Below are positions 1 through 9,576 of a DNA stretch of 64,000 nt, one piece after another (the first letter of the stretch is position 1; every line of letters begins with the position of its first letter). The stretch comes from Actinomycetota bacterium (lineage in GTDB: Bacteria > Actinomycetota > Acidimicrobiia > Acidimicrobiales > SZUA-35). The stretch is from the NCBI GenBank assembly GCA_039029735.1, contig JBCCFL010000003.1, positions 12,257-76,256 on the forward strand, read 5' to 3'. The notes under the pieces were generated by a model that was not told where the DNA came from, made no database searches, and saw nothing but the letters and a program-made list of their open reading frames with translations. Both the position numbers and the translations under genes were made by a program.

Positions 1-971
1 TACAGCTTCGCCATCGCCGCCTCCTTGAGCAGCGGTTTGCCCTGTTCTTCGAGCCAGGCGACCTTGTACACCAGGTTCCGCGCGGTCTCCAGGCGAACCA
101 TCATGTCGGCGATTCGATTCGATACCGACTGGTGCTTCCCGATGGGCTGGCCGAAGCTCTTGCGCGTGCGGGCGTAGGCCACGCACTCCTCGATCTGGCG
201 CTCCATGCGGCCGATCTGGCTGGCGTAGATGTAACTGCGTTCGGACTCCATCGCCGAGGTGAAAATCGCCACACCTCCCCCTTCGGGGCCGAGGCGGTTC
301 TCGGATGCAACAAAGCAGTCTTCAAGGCACAATTTTCCGAACGGTGTGGTGCGCAGCCCCATCTTCTCCTCGACGGGTTCGGCCCAGAAGCCATCGGCGC
401 TCTTCTCCACGAGGAACGCCGAGATGCCCCAGCGGCCGGCGGCCGGATCGGTGGTGGCGAAGATGACGGCGATGTCAGCAATTGGGGCGAAGGTGATGTA
501 TGCCTTGGTGCCTGTGAGTACATAACCGCCGTCGACCTTGGTGGCCTTCGTCTGCAGGGCGTAGGAGTCGGAGCCCGTCTCGACCTCGGTGATACCGAAC
601 GCACCGATGATGTCGCCCGACACCAGTCGCGGGAGGTATCGCTGCTTCTGCTCTTCGGAGCCGAACACCTGGATCGCCGGTTGCACGCTGAGCATCTGGG
701 AGAGCAGGGCGAAGGGGAGCGCGTTCTCCTTGCAGCCGTAGCCGATGCCTTCCATCGTGGCGACCATCGTGAGCGGGCCGACGCCGGATCCGCCGTAGGC
801 CTCGGGAACCGTGAGCCCGAGCAGGCCGTAGTCGGCGCAGGCCTTCCACGCCTCCGGTGACCAGGTGCTGTCTCGGTTTCGACCGATCAAATCGTCGTTG
901 AGGTTCGCCTCCGCGAACGCAATCGCCTCCTGACGGCGGTTCAGTTGGTCGACGGTCCAGCCGAAATCCAT
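1..971 (-). CDS. acyl-CoA dehydrogenase family protein (C-terminus runs off the window edge)
   Basis: My own minus-strand translation from the ATG at 969-971 gives MDFGWTVDQLNRRQEAIAFAE...GITEVETGSDSYALQTKA...GPEGGGVAIFTSAMESERS...GKHQSVSNRIADM, the typical ACAD domain pattern. The frame is absent from the ORF track because it has no stop inside the window. Confidence 0.85.
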   Translation of the reverse strand, partial: MDFGWTVDQLNRRQEAIAFAEANLNDDLIGRNRDSTWSPEAWKACADYGLLGLTVPEAYGGSGVGPLTMVATMEGIGYGCKENALPFALLSQMLSVQPAIQVFGSEEQKQRYLPRLVSGDIIGAFGITEVETGSDSYALQTKATKVDGGYVLTGTKAYITFAPIADIAVIFATTDPAAGRWGISAFLVEKSADGFWAEPVEEKMGLRTTPFGKLCLEDCFVASENRLGPEGGGVAIFTSAMESERSYIYASQIGRMERQIEECVAYARTRKSFGQPIGKHQSVSNRIADMMVRLETARNLVYKVAWLEEQGKPLLKEAAMAKL

Positions 972-1129
972 GACATCGGCCCCCTTTCGTTCGCAGAACA
1001 GGAAGCGGTATGCCCTGGGGCCGCCCGTCCCAGCAGGCGATTCTAGCTCCGAGTGCCGAGCCCGACCACCGGTTCGGTCGTCCAGGATCAGGGCTTGATT
1101 CAGCGGCGGAATCGGCCGATAGAAGCCAC

Positions 1130-2110
1130 ATGGTTGGAGCCGTCGACGAGAGTCTCTCACCCGCGGTCGACGAATCGTCGCTACACCCCGGGGCGTCACT
1201 CATTGGCGCGGACCTGCGAGGGGTGGACCTCAGCGGCTACGACCTGCGCGGGGCCGACCTGAGCCAGGCCGACCTGACGAGCGTGCGGGCCGTTGGCACG
1301 TCGTTCGCGGGGGCGGTGCTTCACGAGGCCAAACTCGACGGGGCCCAGCTGCTCAACGTCGACCTCAGCGATGCCACGCTCACCGGCGCCCATGCCACGA
1401 ATGCGAACTTTGGGGCCTCCACCTTGCGTGGAGCCCGGCTGTTCGGGGCCGATCTGACCAACGCAAGCCTGAGCCAGGCGTGCCTGGCCGACGCCGAGAT
1501 GCGCGCGGCGGTATTCGACGAAGCCCGCCTGCGTGATGTCGACCTGACCGGGGCTGATGCCTCGAGTGCGTCGTTCATCGATGCCGATCTGACAGGCGCC
1601 CAGGTGGCCGGGGCTGCGCTGCGTGACATCAACATCAGCGGCGCCCGCCTCAAGGGGCTCACCGGATACGCCAACGCCGATTGGGTGGGCTGCGACGCCA
1701 CCGGATCGGACTTCACCGGCGCCTACCTCGCCCGTCGAGTGATCATCGACCAGAATTACCTACACGAGTTCCGCACGCAGAGCCCGACCCATGAGTGGAT
1801 CTACCGGCTGTGGTGGCTCACGTCCGATTGCGGTCGCAGCTACCTCCGTTGGGGCCTGTGCACGCTGCTGTTCGCGCTGGTCTTCGCCGGGCTCTACGAG
1901 GTGGTCGACATCGACTACGGCGACAACGAGACGGCGCTGTCGTCGATCTATTTCTCGATCGTGACCCTCACCACGCTCGGCTACGGCGACGTGCTTCCGG
2001 CATCGCAGACAGCCCAGGCAGTGGTGATCGGTCAGGTGATCACCGGATACGTGATGCTGGGAGGTCTGCTCAGCATCTTCTCGACCAAGATGTCACGGAG
2101 GGGAGAATGA
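1130..2110 (+). CDS. pentapeptide-repeat domain fused to a 2-TM potassium-channel pore
   Basis: About 200 aa of A(D/N)LxG-type pentapeptide repeats (GADLRGVDLSGYDLRGADLSQADL...), then two hydrophobic helices flanking the selectivity filter TLTTLGYGD. The start is taken at the in-frame ATG at 1130 (MVGAVDE); the ORF track starts at 1010. Confidence 0.75.
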   Translation: MVGAVDESLSPAVDESSLHPGASLIGADLRGVDLSGYDLRGADLSQADLTSVRAVGTSFAGAVLHEAKLDGAQLLNVDLSDATLTGAHATNANFGASTLRGARLFGADLTNASLSQACLADAEMRAAVFDEARLRDVDLTGADASSASFIDADLTGAQVAGAALRDINISGARLKGLTGYANADWVGCDATGSDFTGAYLARRVIIDQNYLHEFRTQSPTHEWIYRLWWLTSDCGRSYLRWGLCTLLFALVFAGLYEVVDIDYGDNETALSSIYFSIVTLTTLGYGDVLPASQTAQAVVIGQVITGYVMLGGLLSIFSTKMSRRGE

Positions 2111-2949
2111 AGCTGTTCGGACGCCGCTCCAAGGAGCGCATCGATCAAGTTGCAGGGGTCATCGACGACTACGAGCTGCCGTCGTTCCCCGCCGTGATCG
2201 CCGAAGCCTTGAGCCGCATCGGGGATCCCGAGGTGGAACTGGCCGAGGTGGCCGACCTGTTGACCATGGATCCCGGCATGACGGCCCGGCTCCTACGTCT
2301 GGCCAACTCGCCAGCGACGGGCCTACGCAACCCCGTGCACGACCTCCGCCAGGTGGTGGCCCTGCTGGGTCGCAACCAGGTGGAGTCGATCCTCATCAGC
2401 GCCGGCGTACGCGCCGCGTTGCCCAGCGTGGCATCGCCGGTGTTCGACAGCAGCCGCTTCTGGCGGGCCGCTGCCCAGCGGGCGGTGGTGGCCACAGCGG
2501 TCAGCGCCCGACTCCAGCCGTCGCAACGCTCCGAGACCTTCACCGCCGCCCTGCTGCAGGACATGGCCCTGCCCGTGCTCGTGGATCACGTGGAGGGCTA
2601 CGACCGACTGCTCCAGCGGTGGTACGAGGGCGAGATCCCTGATCTGGCCAAAGCCGAGGCTGACACGTTCGGGTGGGATCATGCGGCGGTTGCTGGCCGG
2701 ATGGCGCAGGCCTGGGCCTTCCCCGACGCCCTGTTGGAAGCCTTGACCGACCACCACGACGGCTTCGACACCGACGTGATGGTGTGGCTGCGCCTCGTAG
2801 CCGGGTGGCAAGAGGCCAACCCCGATCTGAGCCGCGAAGAGCTGCTCCGCAATGCCGGGCAGATCCCACAGCTCGCATCGTTGGACTGTGAGGCCCTGCT
2901 CGACGACGCCCTCGAAGGCGTGGACGAGGTGGCGTCGCTCATCACCTGA
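2107..2949 (+). CDS. HDOD domain-containing signalling protein
   Basis: LPSFPAVIAEALSRIGDPEVELAEVADLLTMDPGMTARLLRLANSPATG matches the HDOD N-terminal signature. The ATG overlaps the stop of the channel gene (ATGA at 2107-2110). Confidence 0.75.
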   Translation: MKLFGRRSKERIDQVAGVIDDYELPSFPAVIAEALSRIGDPEVELAEVADLLTMDPGMTARLLRLANSPATGLRNPVHDLRQVVALLGRNQVESILISAGVRAALPSVASPVFDSSRFWRAAAQRAVVATAVSARLQPSQRSETFTAALLQDMALPVLVDHVEGYDRLLQRWYEGEIPDLAKAEADTFGWDHAAVAGRMAQAWAFPDALLEALTDHHDGFDTDVMVWLRLVAGWQEANPDLSREELLRNAGQIPQLASLDCEALLDDALEGVDEVASLIT

Positions 2950-3057
2950 GCCGTACTCGCTCAGGTGGCGGGCCGCGCTCTGCGGCCTGTGTGACGTGGG
3001 CATGTCGACCTGATCCGGACGGCTAAACGACGTGAAGCGCGAGCCGATGGCCGGAAG

Positions 3058-5241
3058 GTGCCACGCCCCCTTCCGACACAACTGACGGCGTCTCGCCTGG
3101 CCCTGGTGCTGGTGGGACTGGCCTTGCTCGCCTCGATCACCGCGTCGGTGGAGGCTGAACCCTCCGGCGCTGCGGTGCAGGCCCCCGCACCCGGTGACAT
3201 CGCCGCAGTACAACGCACCGACTGGGGGCTCGCCACGTTCGGCCAAGCCCGGTCGGTGGCCCGCTTCTCCGCCCTCGGGTGGGCGGTAGAGGAAGTCGAC
3301 GGCGTGGTCTACGCCGGAGGCAACTTCCTGGATGTGACCAACGGCGCCCGCACCGAGCGGCAGCCGTACCTCGCAGGCTTCGCCGTCGGCACCGGCGTGT
3401 GGAACGAGTCGTTCCGACCGACGGTCGGCGGGCCGGTGCTCGCCCTCGAGGCTGCGCCCGATGGTGGGCTGTTCGTTGGCGGCGAGATGGACGAGTGGAA
3501 CGGTGAGACGATCGGGGCGCTGGCCAAGATCGACCCGGCGACCGGTCAGCTGTGGCCGGGCTGGCGCACCCGGGTGTACGGGGGCACCTCGGTGGTTCGC
3601 GACATCAGCCTCGGCCCCGACGGCTGGCTCTACGTGGCCGGCACCTTCACCACCGCATCCGATGCTGGTGATCCGCGCACGGTGTACAACGTGATCCGCC
3701 TCGATCCTGACACCGGCGCGATCGATTGGTCGTGGTTGCCTCAGACCCAAGGTGGCGCCGTGTGGGGCGTGAGTGCGAGCCACATCCGCCCCACCGTCTA
3801 CCTCGCAGGATGGAACAACGTCATGGCCGGTCAGCAGGTGATCGGGGTCGACGCCGCTGACGGCAACCGGGTCACCTGGTCGACCTTCGAGGCCAACTTC
3901 CCGTGCTGCGATCACATGTACGACGTGCAGGCAACGCCGTTCGGCACCGTGGCCGTCGCTGGTGAACAGCACGGGTTCTACGTCTTCGACGAGAACCAGA
4001 ACATGCGGCTCCTGGCGGCCCACGTGACGTCGTTCGACAGCCGTTTCCAGGCAAGCAACGTTCGCCGGGGAGGCGACTACCAGGACATCGAGCTTGCTGG
4101 CGACGTGTTCTACGCATCGTGCCATTGCTGGGGGAGCCACACCACGGCGCTCGGCTTCCTCAACACCTACTCGGGCGACCTCGCCCGCGTTGCCGGCACA
4201 CACACCGGATCGGTGAGCTCAACGATCGCGTACGACGCCAGAACAGGTGTGCGTGATCAGTCCTTCAACCCCTACATGGCCGGTGACATCGGTGGTTGGG
4301 GCGTACTCGTTGCCTCGGACGGGTGTGTGTGGATCGCTGGTGGCATCAATGCCGTTGGGCCTCCCGGCCAGCAACGCCCAGGTCGGGATCTGGCTCGGCT
4401 GTGCGCCGAGGGATTCGACCCCGGCGTCGACCTGGCGGCGCCGGCGACATGTCGAGCCCAGGTGGCCCCCGATCTGGTCACCGTGACCTGGGATGGCGTG
4501 GACGGCGCCACCGACTACGTGATCTCGCGTTCGGTCGACGGCGGCAGGGTGTTCTGGCGGGGCCGCAGTGTGGAGCGCACCTTCGTCGACACCTCTCGCA
4601 CCGGCGACCTCGTGTACACCGTTGGCGGGCGGGACGCGAACCAGAGACTCGGGCCGGTCACCCAGTGCGCGACCCAGATCGTGAACCGGCCGGTGGATCC
4701 CGTGTCGGCGCCCACCGGTTGTGTGGCCCGCATCCAAGGTGACGCAGTCGCCGTGTCATGGAACGCGGTGGCCGAGGCTGCCAGCTACGTGGTGTATCGC
4801 TCCGTTGACGGCGGCACCGACCACTGGCGGGGCGTGTCCGACACGACGAGCTTCACCGACACCTCGCGGCGCGGCACCCTGGAGTACGCCGTGGCTGCGA
4901 AGGCGGCCGACCGCCGACGCAGCGACCGAGCTGCCTGCGTCACCGAAGTCGTGCCCGAACCGGACCCCGAGCCGATCCCGGAGGTCGCCGCCTGCGCCGT
5001 GACCCAGGGGGGCGGGCCCAATCAGATCTCAGTCACCTGGGACCGGGTGGATGACGCGAACGCGGCGTACGTGATCTACCGATCGGTGGACGACTCTCAG
5101 CCCTTCTGGCGGGGTCGGGTCGATGGCACCTCGTTCGACGACACGCTGCGGACCGGGGCCATCGAGTACTTCGTGGCCGTGAAGATCGACGACGAGCGCT
5201 CCGAGCGCACGGCGTGCACGCCGAGAGTCAGGGGCCAGTGA
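3058..5241 (+). CDS. secreted protein: beta-propeller-like N-terminal region plus three Fn3-like repeats
   Basis: Signal peptide (LALVLVGLALLASITASVEA). Repeated Gly/Trp/Asp-rich blades. Three roughly 85-aa tandem repeats (VTWDGVDGATDYVISRSVDGG..., VSWNAVAEAASYVVYRSVDGG..., VTWDRVDDANAAYVIYRSVDDS...). Confidence 0.6.
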   Translation: MPRPLPTQLTASRLALVLVGLALLASITASVEAEPSGAAVQAPAPGDIAAVQRTDWGLATFGQARSVARFSALGWAVEEVDGVVYAGGNFLDVTNGARTERQPYLAGFAVGTGVWNESFRPTVGGPVLALEAAPDGGLFVGGEMDEWNGETIGALAKIDPATGQLWPGWRTRVYGGTSVVRDISLGPDGWLYVAGTFTTASDAGDPRTVYNVIRLDPDTGAIDWSWLPQTQGGAVWGVSASHIRPTVYLAGWNNVMAGQQVIGVDAADGNRVTWSTFEANFPCCDHMYDVQATPFGTVAVAGEQHGFYVFDENQNMRLLAAHVTSFDSRFQASNVRRGGDYQDIELAGDVFYASCHCWGSHTTALGFLNTYSGDLARVAGTHTGSVSSTIAYDARTGVRDQSFNPYMAGDIGGWGVLVASDGCVWIAGGINAVGPPGQQRPGRDLARLCAEGFDPGVDLAAPATCRAQVAPDLVTVTWDGVDGATDYVISRSVDGGRVFWRGRSVERTFVDTSRTGDLVYTVGGRDANQRLGPVTQCATQIVNRPVDPVSAPTGCVARIQGDAVAVSWNAVAEAASYVVYRSVDGGTDHWRGVSDTTSFTDTSRRGTLEYAVAAKAADRRRSDRAACVTEVVPEPDPEPIPEVAACAVTQGGGPNQISVTWDRVDDANAAYVIYRSVDDSQPFWRGRVDGTSFDDTLRTGAIEYFVAVKIDDERSERTACTPRVRGQ

Positions 5242-6110
5242 TGACCGACCGATCGACCACTCTGCGGCGCACGGTGGCCTGCACCAGCCTCGTGGGGCTG
5301 TTGGCGCTCACCGCCTGCAGCTCAGCGGGCGAGGAGGCTGAGCCGGAGCCGGATCCCGAGCCGACCCCGGTGGAGAGCGACAGCGAGCTGCCCTTCGGTG
5401 AGTCCGAGGGCGCCGATGGTGGTGACGACCTGCTGGTGGACCCCGACGTGCCGACTCCTGAGGCCCAGGCTGCCGCTGCCACTCCGACCGCAGATGACGT
5501 GAACCGGGTGCTCGCGTCCGAGACCGGACTCGTCGAGCTGGCATCGGTCGAGCTGCTGGCGATCGAGATCGTCGAGGCCGACGTGATCGTGGCGTCGTTC
5601 GAGATGGAGTCGCATCACTGCTACGGCGTGACCACGACGGTTCGCGAGTCCGAACGTGAGGTGGAGATCGAGGTCGTCCGAGGACGACGAGCCACGTCAG
5701 CCCCCGGTGACTGTGCCCACGGCGCGTTCCCCTACGCCGCCCGATTCGAGCTCGACGCCCCGGTGGGCGAACGTACGGTGGTTGCGGCCGAGCCTCGCGA
5801 ACCGATCGATCCGGGTGTGACCGACGAACCGGGCCCGTCGGCGGCGGCCGAGCCGGCGGTGGCCGCCGACGCTACGTCCTCCGATGACGCTGCCTCGGAC
5901 GACGCGTCAGGCACGGAGTCCGGCGGAAGCCAGGAGTGGTTGCTCGGTCTCAACGTCGAGGATGGTGTTGAGTGGGCGATCGACCACGGACTTGAGTGGC
6001 GAGTGATCAGCTTCGATGGCGAGCCCGTCGACCACGACGGAGAGACCCGGCCTGATCGGATTGCCTTCGTGGTGGAGCGGGATCTGATCGTCGCCTACGA
6101 GTGGTCCTAG
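5241..6110 (+). CDS. hypothetical lipoprotein
   Basis: Lipobox LLALTAC-SS after a basic N-terminus, then an acidic low-complexity linker. The ATG at 5241 overlaps the upstream stop by 1 nt. Confidence 0.55.
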   Translation: MTDRSTTLRRTVACTSLVGLLALTACSSAGEEAEPEPDPEPTPVESDSELPFGESEGADGGDDLLVDPDVPTPEAQAAAATPTADDVNRVLASETGLVELASVELLAIEIVEADVIVASFEMESHHCYGVTTTVRESEREVEIEVVRGRRATSAPGDCAHGAFPYAARFELDAPVGERTVVAAEPREPIDPGVTDEPGPSAAAEPAVAADATSSDDAASDDASGTESGGSQEWLLGLNVEDGVEWAIDHGLEWRVISFDGEPVDHDGETRPDRIAFVVERDLIVAYEWS

Positions 6111-6126
6111 CGGCGACCGTCGTCGG

Positions 6127-6633
<507 letters not shown>

Positions 6634-6646
6634 GGGTACAAACAGT

Positions 6647-6684
6647 ATCTGACAATGATTTGTATCAATACATCAGTGACAGAT
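6647..6684. promoter_or_regulatory. nested inverted repeat, candidate GntR operator in the GntR/PII divergent intergenic region
   Basis: Inner repeat TGTAT-CA-ATACA at 6661-6672. It is flanked by ATCTGACA (6647-6654) and TGACAGAT (6677-6684), with one mismatch and nearly concentric. The local region is AT-rich. Confidence 0.35.
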
Positions 6685-6747
6685 CGATGTCATAGTTCCT
6701 GTTCACAGGGTTCTTGATTCAATACGTAGACAAGCAGCTTGCACTAG

Positions 6748-7161
<414 letters not shown>

Positions 7162-7188
7162 GCGTCTGCTCAACCAGATCGACAAACC

Positions 7189-7246
7189 AGAAGGGCCGGC
7201 GGCCAGGGACGAGAATCCCGAAGCCGCCGGCCCTTCTGTCGTTTTG
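7189..7246. terminator. intrinsic (bidirectional) terminator between glnB and the anti-sigma gene
   Basis: Perfect 15-bp stem AGAAGGGCCGGCGGC (7189-7203) / GCCGCCGGCCCTTCT (7223-7237), followed by GTCGTTTTGG. Confidence 0.8.
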
Positions 7247-7284
7247 GTAATTCGGATCCGGATCGAGGCTCCGACCGAATCGAA

Positions 7285-8109
7285 TCAGATCTCGAACGTT
7301 CCCCGGAAGACGCTCTCGCCCGAGTGGGCGGGGTTGCCATCGAACGCTTCGACCGACACATCCACGACCGGGAAGGCCGCAGGATCGAGGCCAGCGGGCA
7401 GGGGATACACGCCGTCCGCACGCAGCGGGCCCAGAGAGACCAGTTCACTGGCCTCGGCGTTCAGGAGCCACAGCTCGAAGTACCCGTCGGCCGGGTCAAC
7501 CCCGTCGACGGCCACGGCGATCTCGAGACCGCCTTCGCTCTCGCGGATCTCGGCCGTGGCCGCGCCTGCGTCCATCAGCTGATCGAGCGCAATCTCGTCG
7601 ATCGGTTCGGGGCTGCGGTCTCCGGTGAGGAACCAGGCCCCGGCGGCAATGGCGATCACAGCCGCCGCCACCGATGGCAACCACGTACGCATGCCCCGGC
7701 CACCGGACCGGGCAGCTCGCCCGAGGCTGACCACGTTCGGATCAGACGCAGGGGGGCTCGCATCGAGGCCCGACGTCGTGGATCGGGCGACTGGGCCCAC
7801 TGGAGCCTCGATCTCGGGCGTACCGAGATCAGCGAGCGGATCGGCGTCGATGGCCGGTACCACGCGCAGGTCGGGGGTGGTGTCGCCTTCGCGCAGCTGG
7901 GCTTCAATGGCAGCCCACTGCGAATCGGGTACCTCGTCGTCGATGTCCGACTCGGCGTTCCCGAGGTCGGCTTGGCGAGCAATGCGGCCCAGATCGAGTG
8001 CGATGTCCAGCTCAGACTGTTCCCGGTCGGCGTCGGGGCCAGGGGCGGCGTCGGTTGGCGCACCCCGGAGGGCGGCCAGCAGGCGGTCGTCAGCGTCAGT
8101 CGGCGGCAT
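7285..8109 (-). CDS. anti-sigma factor, RskA-like (anti-sigma-K C-terminal domain)
   Basis: Single TM helix (LPSVAAAVIAIAAGAWFL), then an extracytoplasmic domain with the YFELWLL motif. The gene overlaps the sigma gene stop by 14 nt. Confidence 0.7.
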   Translation of the reverse strand: MPPTDADDRLLAALRGAPTDAAPGPDADREQSELDIALDLGRIARQADLGNAESDIDDEVPDSQWAAIEAQLREGDTTPDLRVVPAIDADPLADLGTPEIEAPVGPVARSTTSGLDASPPASDPNVVSLGRAARSGGRGMRTWLPSVAAAVIAIAAGAWFLTGDRSPEPIDEIALDQLMDAGAATAEIRESEGGLEIAVAVDGVDPADGYFELWLLNAEASELVSLGPLRADGVYPLPAGLDPAAFPVVDVSVEAFDGNPAHSGESVFRGTFEI

Positions 8110-8689
8110 CGAGGCCCTCCAGGTCTCGCCTCATCCGAGCCAATCCCCTCCGGATGTCGCTCTTTACGGTGCCGAGCGGCATACCAACCTTCTCTGCAAT
8201 CTGTGCGTGTGTCAGATCACTGTAGAACGCAAGTTCCATGGTTTGCCGCATCCGTTCGGGCAGTCGGTCGAGGGCGGCGAGAACCACCACCTGTTCAGCC
8301 AGGCGTTCGACGGGTTCATCGCCTCTGATGATCTGATCTTCGGGTTGCCGTTCCGCCCTGGCTCGCCGCCGGAGGTGGTCGATCGCCTTGAATTTGGCGA
8401 TGCCGACCAACCAGCCGGCCATGCTGCCACGGCTGGGATCGAATCGATCCCGGGCCGACCAGGCGGCCAAGAAGGCCTCCTGGGCAACATCCGCCGCATC
8501 GTCGCTCCCAACCGTGCGCGCGCACAACCGTTGCACGTCACGGGCATACCGGTCGTGTGCAATGCGAAGTGCCTCGGGCTTGCCTGCCCGGAACGCCGAT
8601 TCGAGCTGGTCATCTTCGACCACGTTCGGAGCGTACCGGGGCGGCTCCACACCTACCGCGCGGGGGAGGGGAACAACGAGGGCGGTCAT
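8096..8689 (-). CDS. ECF (sigma-70 family) RNA polymerase sigma factor
   Basis: Region 2 DVAQEAFLAAWSARDRFDP...WLVGIAKFKAIDHLRR and region 4 LTHAQIAEKVGMPLGTVKSDIRRGL. The ATG at 8687-8689 overlaps the sortase stop (ATGA). Confidence 0.85.
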   Translation of the reverse strand: MTALVVPLPRAVGVEPPRYAPNVVEDDQLESAFRAGKPEALRIAHDRYARDVQRLCARTVGSDDAADVAQEAFLAAWSARDRFDPSRGSMAGWLVGIAKFKAIDHLRRRARAERQPEDQIIRGDEPVERLAEQVVVLAALDRLPERMRQTMELAFYSDLTHAQIAEKVGMPLGTVKSDIRRGLARMRRDLEGLDAAD

Positions 8690-9564
8690 GACACCGGCAC
8701 GGCGTAGGCCACGATGTTGTCCTCGTAGCTCCGGACCGATGGCTGGAACGAACCGCCGCACGACACCAGGGTCACGACGGGAGGCCCGTCTTTGGCGAAC
8801 ACCCGGTCGAAGGGCAGCTGTTCCTTGTTGTACTGCTCGTGCTCGACCACCTCGTAGGTGGCCGTCGTGCCGTCGGCGAAGTCGACGGTGAACTGGGCCC
8901 CGACCTCGAGGTCACCGAGGCGGCGGAACACACCGTCGATGCCGTCCTCGTTGATGTGGGCGGCGAGTACGGCCGATCCGGCTTCGCCAGGGCGGGAGCC
9001 GTATTCGTACCAGCCGACCCGCTCAGCGCCTGGCACTTCCATCTCGCCGTCCCGCTCGACGCCAACGGCGTCGATGGGGGCGTTCTCGACGCCGAGGCTC
9101 GGGATGGACATCGACACCGGCCTCGGGCCCGTATTGGGCGGAGGGATGTCGGTTGCGGTGTCGAGGGGGGTGATGCGAGCTGCGATCTCAGTTGGCGTCA
9201 GATATGCGCCAGGAGCGCCGGCCGAGGCGGTTGCTCCAGCCTCGTCGGAGGTGGCCGGGAGTGCCGTCTCGGACGTCACGTTCGCCAACTCGGCGACGTC
9301 GGACTCCGGAGCGGCCTCGACGGCAGTGTCGGGGGGATCGATGGCGATGGTGGCCTCGTCAGTCGACTCCGCCGCCCCGCCGCAGGCCGCGGCGATCAGG
9401 GCGATCACCCCGAGCAGCAGCCCAGCCAGCCGCCGGCCCCGAGGGGCGGGGGCTGAAACTGGCTGGACTGCGGGGGTGGAGTCCGGGCCGCAGGAGTTGC
9501 GGCCGGACTCTGGAGTCGGCGTACGTGTCATGAGGAAAGCTCCGGGAGAAGCAGTCACGTTCAC
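8686..9564 (-). CDS. class F sortase family protein
   Basis: N-terminal membrane anchor. Catalytic His context SAVLAAHIN, Cys context VVTLVSCGG and a downstream Arg (SVRSY). The start is uncertain (9564 or 9531). Confidence 0.75.
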   Translation of the reverse strand: MNVTASPGAFLMTRTPTPESGRNSCGPDSTPAVQPVSAPAPRGRRLAGLLLGVIALIAAACGGAAESTDEATIAIDPPDTAVEAAPESDVAELANVTSETALPATSDEAGATASAGAPGAYLTPTEIAARITPLDTATDIPPPNTGPRPVSMSIPSLGVENAPIDAVGVERDGEMEVPGAERVGWYEYGSRPGEAGSAVLAAHINEDGIDGVFRRLGDLEVGAQFTVDFADGTTATYEVVEHEQYNKEQLPFDRVFAKDGPPVVTLVSCGGSFQPSVRSYEDNIVAYAVPVS

Positions 9565-9576
9565 CGACTCCGGGTA

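Noticed and set aside
2323-4203. 626-aa minus-strand ORF
   Set aside because: It is antisense to the well-supported HDOD gene and secreted propeller gene. Its composition is Arg/Gly/His/Pro-rich with no motifs, typical of a shadow ORF in high-GC DNA.
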